Positions 10,462-20,751 of a stretch of 64,000 bases of DNA are shown here, piece after piece. A program made the translations under genes and the position numbers. The stretch comes from a virus: IMG/VR virus record IMGVR_UViG_3300029953_000001. One strand, given 5' to 3'. Position 1 is the first letter of the stretch; each line of letters starts with the position of its first letter. The notes below the pieces were generated by a model. It did not search any database, had not been told where the DNA came from, and saw only the letters and a list, made by a program, of their open reading frames with translations.

Positions 10462-10653
10462 ATGTTGAAGGACGCGAACTGTAGCTGCACCGAATACTGT
10501 CAGTGTGGCATCTATGACCCCTGCGGCTGCGAGGGTATGATGAAAGACCCCCACTGCCTTGACTGCTGCCAACACCTGACCCCTGAGCAGGAAGAGCGAT
10601 GGCGTAAAGAGAACCCCAACTTCCCCGATGAATGGGTAGACCCAAATGAGTAA
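10462..10653 (+). CDS. small Cys-rich protein
   Basis: About 9 Cys in 63 aa. Confidence 0.55.
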   Translation: MLKDANCSCTEYCQCGIYDPCGCEGMMKDPHCLDCCQHLTPEQEERWRKENPNFPDEWVDPNE

Positions 10654-11149
10654 TTGGAATTGGCTATGTCTGGTGCCCAAAGGTCTGCGTAAGCGGATGG
10701 GCTGGGGCTGTTACACGTGCGGCTCGTACCTGTACTTCGGTTACGGAGGCCCGGACGAGAACGGCGAGAGGGTAGACTACTGCATCGACTGCTGGCCGGG
10801 GTACGAGTGCTGTGGGTTCGTCGGCTGCAACCACTATCAGTGTGAGCACGCCGAAGACATGTGCGGCAACGCCGGATGCCCCTGCACTGGTTTCATCACC
10901 AAGAATCAGGCCGATGCTCACATCAGCAACCTCGGCCATGCCTGTCGTGCAGCCTACTGGGCTCTCGAAGAGATGGAAGGCATCAAGGAAGTGCGGAGCG
11001 AGGTCGAGATGGTGGTGCGTGTTACCACCGTCCAATCAGCGGGTTCAACGGTGGAGAACTCCAAGGCGTGGAGAGAGACCATCTATGCAGTACAGTCCAA
11101 GTTGATGCGTGAGCACCCCGACGTTCTCTTCGACTTCATTCTCCTGTAA
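10646..11149 (+). CDS. Cys-rich hypothetical protein
   Basis: Multiple CxxC motifs. Confidence 0.65.
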   Translation: MSNWNWLCLVPKGLRKRMGWGCYTCGSYLYFGYGGPDENGERVDYCIDCWPGYECCGFVGCNHYQCEHAEDMCGNAGCPCTGFITKNQADAHISNLGHACRAAYWALEEMEGIKEVRSEVEMVVRVTTVQSAGSTVENSKAWRETIYAVQSKLMREHPDVLFDFILL

Positions 11150-11165
11150 GCGGGTATTAGTAACC

Positions 11166-11495
11166 ATGAGCAAGCCTGAGATTACAGGAGTCACAGTCAG
11201 TGTAGAGTTCGGGTTCGAGCAGGACTTCGGTAGAGGCACTAAGTCCTTCGCCAGTGTCCAATCGAAGTACCCGGAGACTACCACCATAGATGAACTCGGC
11301 GATGTTATGTCGGATGGGTTGGACTTGTACCTCGCAGCGTGGAAGACCTTACTGGCAGCGAGATTCGGCACCGGAGTCATCGGTGGCACCGAGTTCAAGG
11401 AAACCCTGAACGCTGCAACCATACGCATCGACAAAGTGCGTAAATTTTTGAAACCTGAGAAGACTGAGACGACTGATGACAACGGACAACAATAG
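11166..11495 (+). CDS. hypothetical protein (leaderless)
   Basis: GTATTA 12 nt upstream of ATG. Confidence 0.7.
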   Translation: MSKPEITGVTVSVEFGFEQDFGRGTKSFASVQSKYPETTTIDELGDVMSDGLDLYLAAWKTLLAARFGTGVIGGTEFKETLNAATIRIDKVRKFLKPEKTETTDDNGQQ

Positions 11496-13029
11496 CCTCA
11501 CCCCCACTGACAACCTGAACCTCTTCACTGCGGCTCATCTGTTGTCAGACACGCCCATACTAGAGCAAGTCCTGAAACTTCGCGATGAACTGTCGCGTGA
11601 ATCGGACGGTATCCTCATTGACTACGATGACATGGGCAAGCGTATCAAGGCTGAGATTGCCAACCTTCCCACGCTCGAATTGCAGATGGACATCCCATCA
11701 GGGCAAGAGGGTGCGTATCAACGCCAACTGCTGTTCGCTCTTGGTCAGATAAACGATGACCACGACCGTACTCTGCGTCGTGTAATCAAGTTGAAGTCCC
11801 GACTGCTGAACGCCGTTGACCTGATGAAGTCGCAGCGTGCCCAGTTCGGTGCCTTCTACGCTCTCGCCGTCCCCGTCGCTATCCATGGGGGTACACTTCC
11901 TCCCGACCTGAAGCTGACCCCGGCCCACATCAAGGAGATGGCGAACTCTGAGTTCTCTAACCTCATGGACAGGCTGGACTACCTCGCCCCTTCGCTCATC
12001 TCTGAGTTGAAAATTCTGGAAGTTGAAATCAAGCAACGCAAGGTGGCTCAGGCCGACAAGTACGCTCTCGGCAAAGACCAAGTGAACGCGATGTGGAACT
12101 CCATTCAGTCGAATGGTGCCATCGGCTTGGACGATGACGCTGGTGGTTTGGTGAAGCGCACCCCTCTTGAAGAGGACACCGACGAGATTCCTAGCTACGT
12201 GAGCCAGCACACGAAGGAATCTCGTGTCGCCGCCAACGAGAGCTACGTCAAGAAGCCTTGCGATACCTACTGCTCGAAGTGTGGTGAGAAGCAGTTCAAC
12301 ACTCCCTCCGGCGACACGTGCCCCAATGGTCATGGTGGTGCTGAAGGCGTTTACAAGAGGGCCAAGCTGTTGTCCTTGGAAGAGCTTGAAGCTGCTCTCA
12401 ATGGGGAGGACTCCACGCCCGTGGTCATCAACGCTGACGGTACGGTGACACCTATCAAGGGAACGTTCGTCAAGACCGGCGACCCCAAGCCTATCACTCC
12501 GATTGTGGATGAGGGCGGCGGCGAGGCCATCATCGAGAAGTTGACGGAGTTGGAGGACGCACCAACGTGGGTTCGTAAGCCCTCTGTCATCACGGTACCG
12601 GACGATGTGTCCAAGGAAGAGATTCAGTGGACGGCGGAACGTATGAAGGAACTCGCTGAGTCTGAACCCAAGACCCTCATCGTTGAACCGCAGGAGCCCA
12701 CGGGGGAACCGGTGGCTCTTCCGGCTGAGCATGTGTGTGAGGCTGGAACGATTCATCTGGATGCTGAGATGGAGGCTAGGTTCGTTAACGAGCCCACCGA
12801 ATCGGTCACTATCGAGTACGAAGCGAACTGGGAAGAGTCGGACACCACCAAGGAACTCCTCATTGAAGATGTTCCCGACCCGGTACCCACTCCCCGTCTG
12901 GTACTCCCTGAAGGTGCTCAAATCGTTGAAGACCTTGAGAGCATCGTCAACACCCCGGAGCCGCTTGCAACTCAGGCCCCGGCCACTCCCCGCAAGAAAC
13001 TGATTTTGGACGACGAGGACATTATCTGA
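11476..13029 (+). CDS. coiled-coil protein with Zn-ribbon and acidic C-terminal tail
   Basis: 517 aa; CSKCG...CPNGH; ends RKKLILDDEDII. Confidence 0.8.
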   Translation: MTTDNNSLTPTDNLNLFTAAHLLSDTPILEQVLKLRDELSRESDGILIDYDDMGKRIKAEIANLPTLELQMDIPSGQEGAYQRQLLFALGQINDDHDRTLRRVIKLKSRLLNAVDLMKSQRAQFGAFYALAVPVAIHGGTLPPDLKLTPAHIKEMANSEFSNLMDRLDYLAPSLISELKILEVEIKQRKVAQADKYALGKDQVNAMWNSIQSNGAIGLDDDAGGLVKRTPLEEDTDEIPSYVSQHTKESRVAANESYVKKPCDTYCSKCGEKQFNTPSGDTCPNGHGGAEGVYKRAKLLSLEELEAALNGEDSTPVVINADGTVTPIKGTFVKTGDPKPITPIVDEGGGEAIIEKLTELEDAPTWVRKPSVITVPDDVSKEEIQWTAERMKELAESEPKTLIVEPQEPTGEPVALPAEHVCEAGTIHLDAEMEARFVNEPTESVTIEYEANWEESDTTKELLIEDVPDPVPTPRLVLPEGAQIVEDLESIVNTPEPLATQAPATPRKKLILDDEDII

Positions 13030-13493
13030 TGTTTGGTACGAGCAGTATGTTCGACTGGCTGGGCCTAGCCTGTGAAACGCAGATTCTGTCCAAGCACCTT
13101 TACCTCACTGTAGAAAATGGTGGGGCCGACGAAACGGGAGATGGTAACGGAGGGAAGCTCTTTCCCGGTCAGTTGCTTATATTCCCCTTCGACATGAAGA
13201 CGAGGGAGCGGTTCGGTGAACTAGCTCTCACGTTTGAACTGTGCCTCAAGAAGAACGAACACACTCCGCATGTCAGTGGAAAGAATTTCCACGCTTTGCA
13301 GTTCTATAGGTATGACATGTTTGCCTTTGTAAGGAACTTCCAGTCCGACGAGAAATGGGAGCCCATCATCGACAACATGATGAAGATAGCTAACGGCGAA
13401 CGTCTCGATGACGAGACCTATCTTCAGTTGGTAGAAGCCTTCACGAACATTGCATCGAGGGCTCTGCACAATACCCGGAGAGGTTGTTTCTAA
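13029..13493 (+). CDS. hypothetical protein
   Basis: TGATG overlap. Confidence 0.7.
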   Translation: MFGTSSMFDWLGLACETQILSKHLYLTVENGGADETGDGNGGKLFPGQLLIFPFDMKTRERFGELALTFELCLKKNEHTPHVSGKNFHALQFYRYDMFAFVRNFQSDEKWEPIIDNMMKIANGERLDDETYLQLVEAFTNIASRALHNTRRGCF

Positions 13494-13494
13494 A

Positions 13495-14103
13495 ATGGGA
13501 ATGAGAGCGGTTGATGAACGAGGTCACAAGTACGAGCGTCTCACGACCCTTGAACTCCAGCTTGAATGCTTGAAACGGGGGGTGATAGTTAAGGGGGTAG
13601 ACTACCTAAGCTTAAAGGAGCTATTTGAATTAGTATCGAGCCGCCCTCTTCAAGAAATGTACGAAACATACTCCACGTTATTCACGAGTGCATTAGGTAG
13701 TAGCCATAATCATCAAGCTTGGATTGGGGGGTACACCCACCATATTGTTGAGAGTCTAAATATACTCCGATGGTTGTACTCTTCTTCCCCTCGTAGGTTG
13801 CCCTTCACACTGAAAGACGCCATGATGGTCATGTTCCTGCATGACATCGAGAAGCCATTCAAGGCGGAGTTCGGCCCCACATGGCGTACCAAGGAAGACC
13901 GGAGAAACTTCCGCAAGAATCTCATTCAACAGAACGAGATTGCCCTGTCCCGGACTCAGTGGAACGCTCTGGAGTACGTTGAGGGTGAGCACGATTATTC
14001 CAACAAGGAGCGAATGATGGGGGAAATGGCGGCTCTGTGCCATTGTGCCGACATCCTGTCTGCCCGTCTCTGGCACAACAAAGGCAAGGAACAGAATTGG
14101 TAG
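13495..14103 (+). CDS. HD-domain phosphohydrolase
   Basis: HNHQAWIGGYTHH, FLHDIEK, HCADILSA; start uncertain. Confidence 0.8.
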   Translation: MGMRAVDERGHKYERLTTLELQLECLKRGVIVKGVDYLSLKELFELVSSRPLQEMYETYSTLFTSALGSSHNHQAWIGGYTHHIVESLNILRWLYSSSPRRLPFTLKDAMMVMFLHDIEKPFKAEFGPTWRTKEDRRNFRKNLIQQNEIALSRTQWNALEYVEGEHDYSNKERMMGEMAALCHCADILSARLWHNKGKEQNW

Positions 14104-14121
14104 ATTACAGTATCTATAGGT

Positions 14122-14601
14122 ATGGTTGAGATTGTAGTCAGTAAGGAACTATCTGTAGCTTGCCCATCCATACTAGACCTTGAGTCCTCCTTGGTGAACA
14201 TCACCCCAGAGGTTCTCATTGAAGTGAGTTGGGGCAACTCCAAACAGGAACAGGTGGCGATAAAACGCCATCAAAATAGGAAATTCAAGCTCTACGTCCC
14301 CGACCTGCAAGCGTCCGAAAGAGCGACGGCCTCTCTTGAGTTGTCAATCACGCTGGACAGCCACTTGATTGGGGATGCTACAATCGCTCTCTGCAACAAG
14401 AAGCTGTACAACTGGCGGGAGTTCTCTCGAACCACAGGGGTTTCTGCGACCAAGAACCTTGTGCTCAAGATTGCCGCTGACGACATTCGTAAGGGAATGA
14501 AATCCAAGCTGGCCTACGTTGCCAAGGATGTATTTCTTGATGGTGTCACCCCCAGTAACGCGGACACGCTCTTGCGTCTCCGCCAACTCCGGGGGTACTA
14601 A
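14122..14601 (+). CDS. hypothetical protein (leaderless)
   Basis: GTATCT 12 nt upstream of ATG. Confidence 0.7.
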   Translation: MVEIVVSKELSVACPSILDLESSLVNITPEVLIEVSWGNSKQEQVAIKRHQNRKFKLYVPDLQASERATASLELSITLDSHLIGDATIALCNKKLYNWREFSRTTGVSATKNLVLKIAADDIRKGMKSKLAYVAKDVFLDGVTPSNADTLLRLRQLRGY

Positions 14602-14874
14602 ATGTTTGGAGAAGAGGAAGAGGAAGAGTTTCCAGCGAAGTTGCTGGATTCCAAGCTGTATATTAGGATAAGTGATGACGGGGAACCTCAGTTGGTACGT
14701 GTAATCCCTGTGGCAGATGAGAATGGTGTCCTTGACCCCTCTCTGGTCGCTGTGTTTCTCGATGAGGGAGAAGCCAAAGTTGTCCCAAGAACCAACCTGC
14801 CGTGGCTGCTTGAATCCACCGGGTGTGTCCCGGTGGAAGAAGCTACAAATTGGAAGCATAAGAGAATCAATTGA
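14602..14874 (+). CDS. hypothetical protein
   Basis: Abuts upstream stop. Confidence 0.6.
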   Translation: MFGEEEEEEFPAKLLDSKLYIRISDDGEPQLVRVIPVADENGVLDPSLVAVFLDEGEAKVVPRTNLPWLLESTGCVPVEEATNWKHKRIN

Positions 14875-14952
14875 TGAAACTCCGGGTACCAGATTCAAAA
14901 GTCGGGCGCTAGGGTCACTGGTATCCAAGAGGACGAAGAAGAGAAGACCGCA

Positions 14953-15603
14953 ATGGAGTGGTTCACAAAGTATCAGGCGGCTAAGATTCTGGATGTTGAG
15001 AACGGACCCAAGCTGTTTCTCGGTAATGTATACGACGCGGCTCTCCTTGCACAAGGCGTGAACCCCCACGGCATCAACGCTGTGCTCGATGTGTCCACCG
15101 AAGACCTCTACGCCCGTGACCCGGCCATCCTCTACCTCAAGGTTCCCTTCCCGGACGGTCATGAGATTCGTGCTGACCAGTTCGCCATGTGTATGGCTTT
15201 CCTGAAGGATTGCTGGGAACGTAAGATGACAATCTTTATACACTGTGCTGCCGGTATTAGCCGGTCAACCAGCATTGTGGTGAGCTTTATCCAGTACATG
15301 GGGCTGGGCTACTCATACTTCAATCCGTCGCTCGGAGACATGGACAAGATTTTGGGGTACGTCGCATTGTGTCGCCCGATTGTCAACCCGGCCAAGCTGA
15401 CCTTCAACTCCTGCAAAAAGTGGCTGAGACAGTACCCGTATGATGGTTCCTTTGGTCATCAAGCGGAGCGTAAAGGTCACATGGAATCTATCATTACTGC
15501 CAACATTCTAAGGCTACATCCGGCTCCTGACTGTGAAGTGAGAAAATCTATTATCGAAGATGACAACAGGGAACGTCATCTGCTAGTCTGTACCTGCGGT
15601 TAG
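14953..15603 (+). CDS. dual-specificity protein phosphatase
   Basis: Catalytic IHCAAGISRS (CX5R), LFLGN and PFPD loop. Confidence 0.92.
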   Translation: MEWFTKYQAAKILDVENGPKLFLGNVYDAALLAQGVNPHGINAVLDVSTEDLYARDPAILYLKVPFPDGHEIRADQFAMCMAFLKDCWERKMTIFIHCAAGISRSTSIVVSFIQYMGLGYSYFNPSLGDMDKILGYVALCRPIVNPAKLTFNSCKKWLRQYPYDGSFGHQAERKGHMESIITANILRLHPAPDCEVRKSIIEDDNRERHLLVCTCG

Positions 15604-15612
15604 GAGCAACCT

Positions 15613-16521
15613 ATGGAAGAGATAGTCAACCGGCTGCTGAACGAAGTTGGTATCGCCAAGGAATACCACGAACGCATCTGGCACTATCTCACGGTTCTTC
15701 GGAACCGTCATGAAGCTACTTACCATCACGTGATTCGTGTTGGTGGTCTGGCTTCCAAGATAGCGGTCGTCGCCGACATCCCCAACGTGACCCCCAAGAT
15801 GATGTTGTGGGCCGGTCTCCTCCACGACGTAGGCAAGGCCCTCATCCCTCCCGAACTGCTCAGCAAGACAGAAGCGTTTGATGCGGCTGACTACGCGGTC
15901 ATGGAAGACCATGTGATGTATGGCTGGCGTATGCTCCAGCAAGTCTTTGACTTCTCGGCACACATCATCGTCCGGCATCACCAGTACGGGAAGCACCCCT
16001 ACCCTAAAGAACTTCCCGCCCTCCCTGTTCACTTGGAACTCAAGCGGGGTATCATCGACTCCGCCGCCCGGTTGCTTGCTCTGGCTGACTATTACGACGC
16101 CATCACGACCCGCAAAAACGACAAGCACTGGGGCGAAGAACTCACGATGCGGGATATTTTCATCCGGGACAATCATGACTGCGAGGCTCTTATTCTCAAG
16201 CTTGAGGAGGCGGGTGTCTTCAACTTCAACCCTTGGTACCACTTGGACTACTCTGAAATAGAGTGGCGGGTCGCAGCCAATTTATCCAACAAAGAAGCAA
16301 ATTTTAGGGATATGTACCTTGGAAACTGGGAGGACACCAACGACTATGTCCACTCCCGAGAGAAAGTATCGGGGATGTTTGAGCGTGGTGAAATCTCAAA
16401 GCCGGAGGCAGAGCACATGCTGCGGCTGCGGTACAGAACGAAGAAGAACGGTCGGGTCTACATTGATGAGCCTGAAAACAATGATGAGCCTGAAAGCTCA
16501 GACTATACCCCTCTCTTATAG
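15613..16521 (+). CDS. HD/HD-GYP-like phosphohydrolase with C-terminal extension
   Basis: HVIRV, LLHDVGK, HHQY..HPYP, LADYYDA. Confidence 0.82.
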   Translation: MEEIVNRLLNEVGIAKEYHERIWHYLTVLRNRHEATYHHVIRVGGLASKIAVVADIPNVTPKMMLWAGLLHDVGKALIPPELLSKTEAFDAADYAVMEDHVMYGWRMLQQVFDFSAHIIVRHHQYGKHPYPKELPALPVHLELKRGIIDSAARLLALADYYDAITTRKNDKHWGEELTMRDIFIRDNHDCEALILKLEEAGVFNFNPWYHLDYSEIEWRVAANLSNKEANFRDMYLGNWEDTNDYVHSREKVSGMFERGEISKPEAEHMLRLRYRTKKNGRVYIDEPENNDEPESSDYTPLL

Positions 16522-16530
16522 AGGGGTTTT

Positions 16531-16632
16531 ATGTTAGACACGATTAGTGGGGTGTACGCTTTTATCAAAGTAAACGGCAAGGCCAGAAGGAGGGCAAATG
16601 GCAACAGTAATCAAATCCCCCAGTCCATTTGA
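16531..16632 (+). pseudogene. GIY-YIG endonuclease N-terminal remnant
   Basis: MLDTISGVYAFIKVNGK after a late-type promoter and RBS, then breaks off. Confidence 0.5.
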
Positions 16633-17065
16633 CACTTTAGATTTCTCCTTGTTTCTTGCGGGGAGCATCGACCAAGGTCATGCACGTGATTGGCATTCTG
16701 AGGTAATAGCCGGTCTACAAGACATTAATGTCACCATCCTATCCCCTAAACGTGAGGATTGGGATGAAACATGGGAGCAGTGTGCTACCTGTGAGCCGTT
16801 TCGAGGTCAGGTACTGTGGGAAATAAAAGGTATGGAAGTTTGCGACCTTATGGTTGTATGCTTTACAGCGGAAAGTAAAGCTCCGGTAACCATGTTTGAG
16901 TTTGGGGCGTGGGGTACCACCAAGGACACCATATTGTGTGTTGAGACAGGCTTCTACCGAGAGGCCAACCTTCAGATATACGCTGAGCACTTCAACGTGC
17001 CCATCTACCATGACCTCGACACCATGATTACAGACCTCCACAAGATTCTGGAGGAACGGGCATGA
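16598..17065 (+). CDS. nucleoside 2-deoxyribosyltransferase-like protein
   Basis: LFLAGSI, SPKREDWD, QVLWE, APVTMFEFG. Confidence 0.85.
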   Translation: MATVIKSPSPFDTLDFSLFLAGSIDQGHARDWHSEVIAGLQDINVTILSPKREDWDETWEQCATCEPFRGQVLWEIKGMEVCDLMVVCFTAESKAPVTMFEFGAWGTTKDTILCVETGFYREANLQIYAEHFNVPIYHDLDTMITDLHKILEERA

Positions 17066-17484
17066 AGTTCTCCGCCAAGTATCTCAAGAAGGCTGGTCAG
17101 GTAGTGTACGTCCTCATGATGCGGGACAAAGACCGTAATGGTCACAACAATGAGGCTCCCATCGGCGTAGTCACGGACGAGGCCCTCGTCAAGAAGTTCT
17201 ACAGTGAGGAGCGTACCAAGGACGAGCGGAACTACTACGAGTTCGTCTTGAACGAATTGCCCATGGTCACAGGAGAGCCGGGTACTCACGAGATACCTGA
17301 ACCTGTGTCCGACCCGGCGTGCGAACAGAAGCTGGCTGAAGCCAACCAGAAGATAGCGGAGATGCAGAAACTGTTGAATGAAGCCAATCAGAGAATCTCG
17401 GAAGCTAACCGCGAGGTTAACGCTGCAAATACTATACTGCAAAGTTTCCTCGCGAAGATGAAGGCAAAGAAAATCAATCTGTGA
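17062..17484 (+). CDS. hypothetical protein with C-terminal coiled coil
   Basis: ATGA overlap; EANQ heptads; N-terminal FSAKYLKKA. Confidence 0.75.
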   Translation: MKFSAKYLKKAGQVVYVLMMRDKDRNGHNNEAPIGVVTDEALVKKFYSEERTKDERNYYEFVLNELPMVTGEPGTHEIPEPVSDPACEQKLAEANQKIAEMQKLLNEANQRISEANREVNAANTILQSFLAKMKAKKINL

Positions 17485-17508
17485 TAGTGTACCAACTGGA
17501 GGAAACAA

Positions 17509-17727
17509 GTGAGCGAGTCATTGGAAATCTATAAGTTAGCAGAGGAAGTAACCACAGGTAAGAAGCCCACGCAAAGTTTGGGGCTAGGCCAGACTGTTCA
17601 CATCCCCCTGCGTGATGCCTACATCTGTGCATCCTGCGATGTCATAACCAACAGTTCTGTTGTGTGCCCCGGCTGTGCTGACACCAGTCTCATGCCCCTG
17701 AGCACGCTGGTCGAGAGCATCTTCTAA
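17509..17727 (+). CDS. small Zn-ribbon protein
   Basis: GGAGG RBS; CASC...CPGC. Confidence 0.65.
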   Translation: MSESLEIYKLAEEVTTGKKPTQSLGLGQTVHIPLRDAYICASCDVITNSSVVCPGCADTSLMPLSTLVESIF

Positions 17728-17835
17728 AATAATATTCACCGGTTTTCCAATTTCGTGGTATTATACAGTAGCAGTAATCCAACCGACTTTAAGCAAATTC
17801 AAGGTCTTAGTCGGTGACCTATAACAAGGAGAACT

Positions 17836-18774
17836 ATGGTGTATCAGAATAACCTCGTAGCCACGATCAAAATCGGCGGCAAAATCCTTCGCGAAGACAA
17901 AGAAACTGTGGCCGTCCCGTTCGGGGCAGAGTACAGCATTTACCTCAAGAACCTGAGTACGGTTCGTGCCCTCGTGCGTGTATCTGTCGATGGACAGGAC
18001 GCAACCGAAAACGTGTGGCTCATTGTCCCCGCCAAGGGGAGCCTTGAATTGGAGCGGTTCATCAAGAACGGCGACATGGAAAAGGGCAACAAGTTCAAGT
18101 TCATTGAACGCACCGGCCAGATTGAAAACTTCCGTGGCATCGGTGCCGAAGACGGTCTCATCAACATCGAATACAAGTTCGAAGCTCCTCAGCCTCAGAA
18201 CTACATCCCCAGCTATACCATCTGGAACAGCAACGGCGATGTCAGTTACGGTGGTCAGGGTACTCCTAACTTTAAGGGTGGACAGAGCCCTCTCAACATC
18301 AACACCACTTCGGTAGGCTCGGCTTCCTGCTACAACGTCAGCGATGCTTCGACTCCCAAGATGGCGTTCACGCAGTCCTCCGCTCCTACGCCGCGTTCGT
18401 CCTTCTCCTCCAAGGGAATGAGGGCTTTGCTCACTCGCAGTGCAGCGATGAAGGGCCGTCCTGCTCCAGCCCCCACCCGGCTTGGTGCCTTCCGCAGCTT
18501 CGACTCGGTAGAGACCTCCGCTGCTCCGCAGAACGAGAACGGCATCACGGTAGCCGGTAGCGAGTCCCGCCAGAAGTTCGGCTGGGGTGATTGGTTCCCG
18601 ACTGAGGATGCTTCTCACACGCTTGTACTCAAGCTGGTGGGTAAGGTAGGAAACCAGCCTGTGGTTCGTCCGGTCACGGTTGAAATCAAGCCGACCTGCA
18701 CGACCTGCGGTCGCGTCAACAAGGCCACCAACAAGTTCTGCTCTCAGTGCGGAACCTCGCTGGTGCTCCTGTGA
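17836..18774 (+). CDS. conserved hypothetical protein with C-terminal double Zn ribbon
   Basis: AAGGAG RBS; CTTCG...FCSQCG. Confidence 0.8.
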   Translation: MVYQNNLVATIKIGGKILREDKETVAVPFGAEYSIYLKNLSTVRALVRVSVDGQDATENVWLIVPAKGSLELERFIKNGDMEKGNKFKFIERTGQIENFRGIGAEDGLINIEYKFEAPQPQNYIPSYTIWNSNGDVSYGGQGTPNFKGGQSPLNINTTSVGSASCYNVSDASTPKMAFTQSSAPTPRSSFSSKGMRALLTRSAAMKGRPAPAPTRLGAFRSFDSVETSAAPQNENGITVAGSESRQKFGWGDWFPTEDASHTLVLKLVGKVGNQPVVRPVTVEIKPTCTTCGRVNKATNKFCSQCGTSLVLL

Positions 18775-19016
18775 ACTACGGTATCAATCGTTTCTACGAC
18801 CGCATTGGGTCGGGCACTTGGCAGACTCAGCCTGAAGTGTCCGCATCCCGGATGTCCTGTAGTTTACCGTGACCCGTGGCGTGAGTCACAATGTGTGTTG
18901 AACAAGCCGATGCTGTTGTGGGTACCGCCCGGTAGCCATACGCATATCTCTTGTCCGGCACATCCCGAGGGTCACGTCATCTTCGGCTCAAGTATTACCA
19001 TGTGAATAAAACCTGA

Positions 19017-19046
19017 ACCCCCGACCACCAAATGGTCGGGGGTTTG
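19017..19046 (+). terminator. intrinsic terminator
   Basis: ACCCCCGACC/GGTCGGGGGT stem + TTT. Confidence 0.65.
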
Positions 19047-19058
19047 GTATTAGTGCGT

Positions 19059-19493
19059 ATGACCAAATACGTACTTGGATTCCTGTTTGACCCTAGACTA
19101 GAACACGTTGTCCTCATTGAGAAGCGTCGTCCCGGCTGGCAAGCTGGTAAGCACAATGGCGTCGGCGGCAAGATTGAAGAAGGCGAGACGCCTGACCAAG
19201 CCATGGTGCGTGAGTTCCGTGAGGAGACTGGCGTCGAGATTACTACGTGGCGACAGTACGCTACGCTGAATAGCCATGCAGGGGACTTCCAACTCAATGT
19301 ATTCTTCGCCATCTCCGCTGACTACGACAAGGTAGTGAGTGTGACCGATGAGGAGATTGTTGTTTGGTATATAAGTGAGCTAGAACTTTGGAAGGATAAC
19401 ATTATCCCCAATGTCCGCTGGCTCATACCTATGGCCTTGGCCTTCACCAAGGGCGAACGTGCCTCATCCTTCACCATCACCGAGAACTACTAA
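19059..19493 (+). CDS. Nudix hydrolase
   Basis: Nudix box GGKIEEGETPDQAMVREFREETG. Confidence 0.95.
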   Translation: MTKYVLGFLFDPRLEHVVLIEKRRPGWQAGKHNGVGGKIEEGETPDQAMVREFREETGVEITTWRQYATLNSHAGDFQLNVFFAISADYDKVVSVTDEEIVVWYISELELWKDNIIPNVRWLIPMALAFTKGERASSFTITENY

Positions 19494-19720
19494 TGGTATA
19501 CATCCACGAACCACTCTTCGACGTTCGGATGCATAGTCGCATCATTGCGGACACAGAGGGGGAGCTTCGTGAGTTCGGGGAGATGCTCGGCCTGAATCAG
19601 GATTGGATAAAGACAGAGCCCCGACTCCACTTCGAAATCTACTCGACCAAATTAAAACTGGCGTTGAGTCACAACGAAATCCGGTATTTAACACTAGCGG
19701 AGTTTGAAGAGTACCTCTAG
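19493..19720 (+). CDS. DUF4031-like protein
   Basis: IADTEGELREFGEMLGL..WI...HFEI pattern. Confidence 0.55.
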   Translation: MVYIHEPLFDVRMHSRIIADTEGELREFGEMLGLNQDWIKTEPRLHFEIYSTKLKLALSHNEIRYLTLAEFEEYL

Positions 19721-19763
19721 CTTCCTACAATTGAAAATGACAAGTAAAGTTCCCGGAGGATTT

Positions 19764-20225
19764 ATGGAACAGCAGCAAAGCTTTCGCTCAGAACTTGTCG
19801 AGTGGTTCAAGGAAATCGTTCCTTATTCCAAGCTCGACCTCTACATTCGCAAGGTTCGTGAAGGACTGGACATCAGCCCCGACGCTGATAATCACGCGAA
19901 CTTCGTCAGCTACATCTTCTGCACGGAATCCCATCGCTACAGCATCAGGGCCACTCCCACGTACTTAGGGTGCATCGCCTCATGTACGTCTCAGCTTCCC
20001 GGTGAAGACTGGACTCGTGGCTGTGACCTGCCCGATGGTAAGTTCAGCAGGGAGACGTGGGACTACATCAAGGAAGCAATTGTCAGGAACGAGATGGTAA
20101 AACTCGCTCCCCTCGTAGTATCTAAGTGTGTGCCTGAGCGTTGCTGCGACAGGGACACTGATGGTGACGGCAACTGCCCTATCCACAGCGCACCGGGAGT
20201 GTACCGTCTCGGCAAGGAGTTCTAA
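19764..20225 (+). CDS. hypothetical protein
   Basis: GGAGG RBS; GEDWTRGCDLPDG. Confidence 0.7.
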   Translation: MEQQQSFRSELVEWFKEIVPYSKLDLYIRKVREGLDISPDADNHANFVSYIFCTESHRYSIRATPTYLGCIASCTSQLPGEDWTRGCDLPDGKFSRETWDYIKEAIVRNEMVKLAPLVVSKCVPERCCDRDTDGDGNCPIHSAPGVYRLGKEF

Positions 20226-20487
20226 GTGGACAAAACAGTAAAGTTCGGATTCGTGTCATGGGACTGGAAGGGTCACATGAACTCAAAGGAACCACATCAA
20301 CCAAGAGTACCGGAGGTTCGTGTGGGCCATGAACCGTAAGGTTGAAGAGACCGGACTTCGCTTCATGGAGCGGATGCTTACTTCAAAGTGGGGTAACGAT
20401 TACATAAAAAATCACACCCCAATCCAAAAACCTAGTATTACAGTCTCAGGTAGTACACAACAGTAGTCTACGTTTGAAGGAGAATAT

Positions 20488-20751
20488 ATGAGCAACAGCA
20501 ACAACCTTATCTCGCAGTTCACCAACGGTAACCTCACCATCAACGAGTTCGCAGTCATGGTCGCCGTCGCGACCAAGGCCAACGGCGGAAACACCGTCAG
20601 CGATGTCACCACCACCGAAATCGCTGAGGACTTGCAGGGTGGTTTGAGCCGTCACGCAGTCGCCCGTGCCCTCCGCAATCTCCAGAAGAAGAACTTCATC
20701 AACTGGCAGACCGCGAATGGTCGCACCGGTTCCACCATCGTGGTTCGCTAA
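20488..20751 (+). CDS. winged helix-turn-helix DNA-binding protein
   Basis: TTTEIAEDLQGGLSRHAVARALRNLQKKNFI. Confidence 0.8.
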   Translation: MSNSNNLISQFTNGNLTINEFAVMVAVATKANGGNTVSDVTTTEIAEDLQGGLSRHAVARALRNLQKKNFINWQTANGRTGSTIVVR

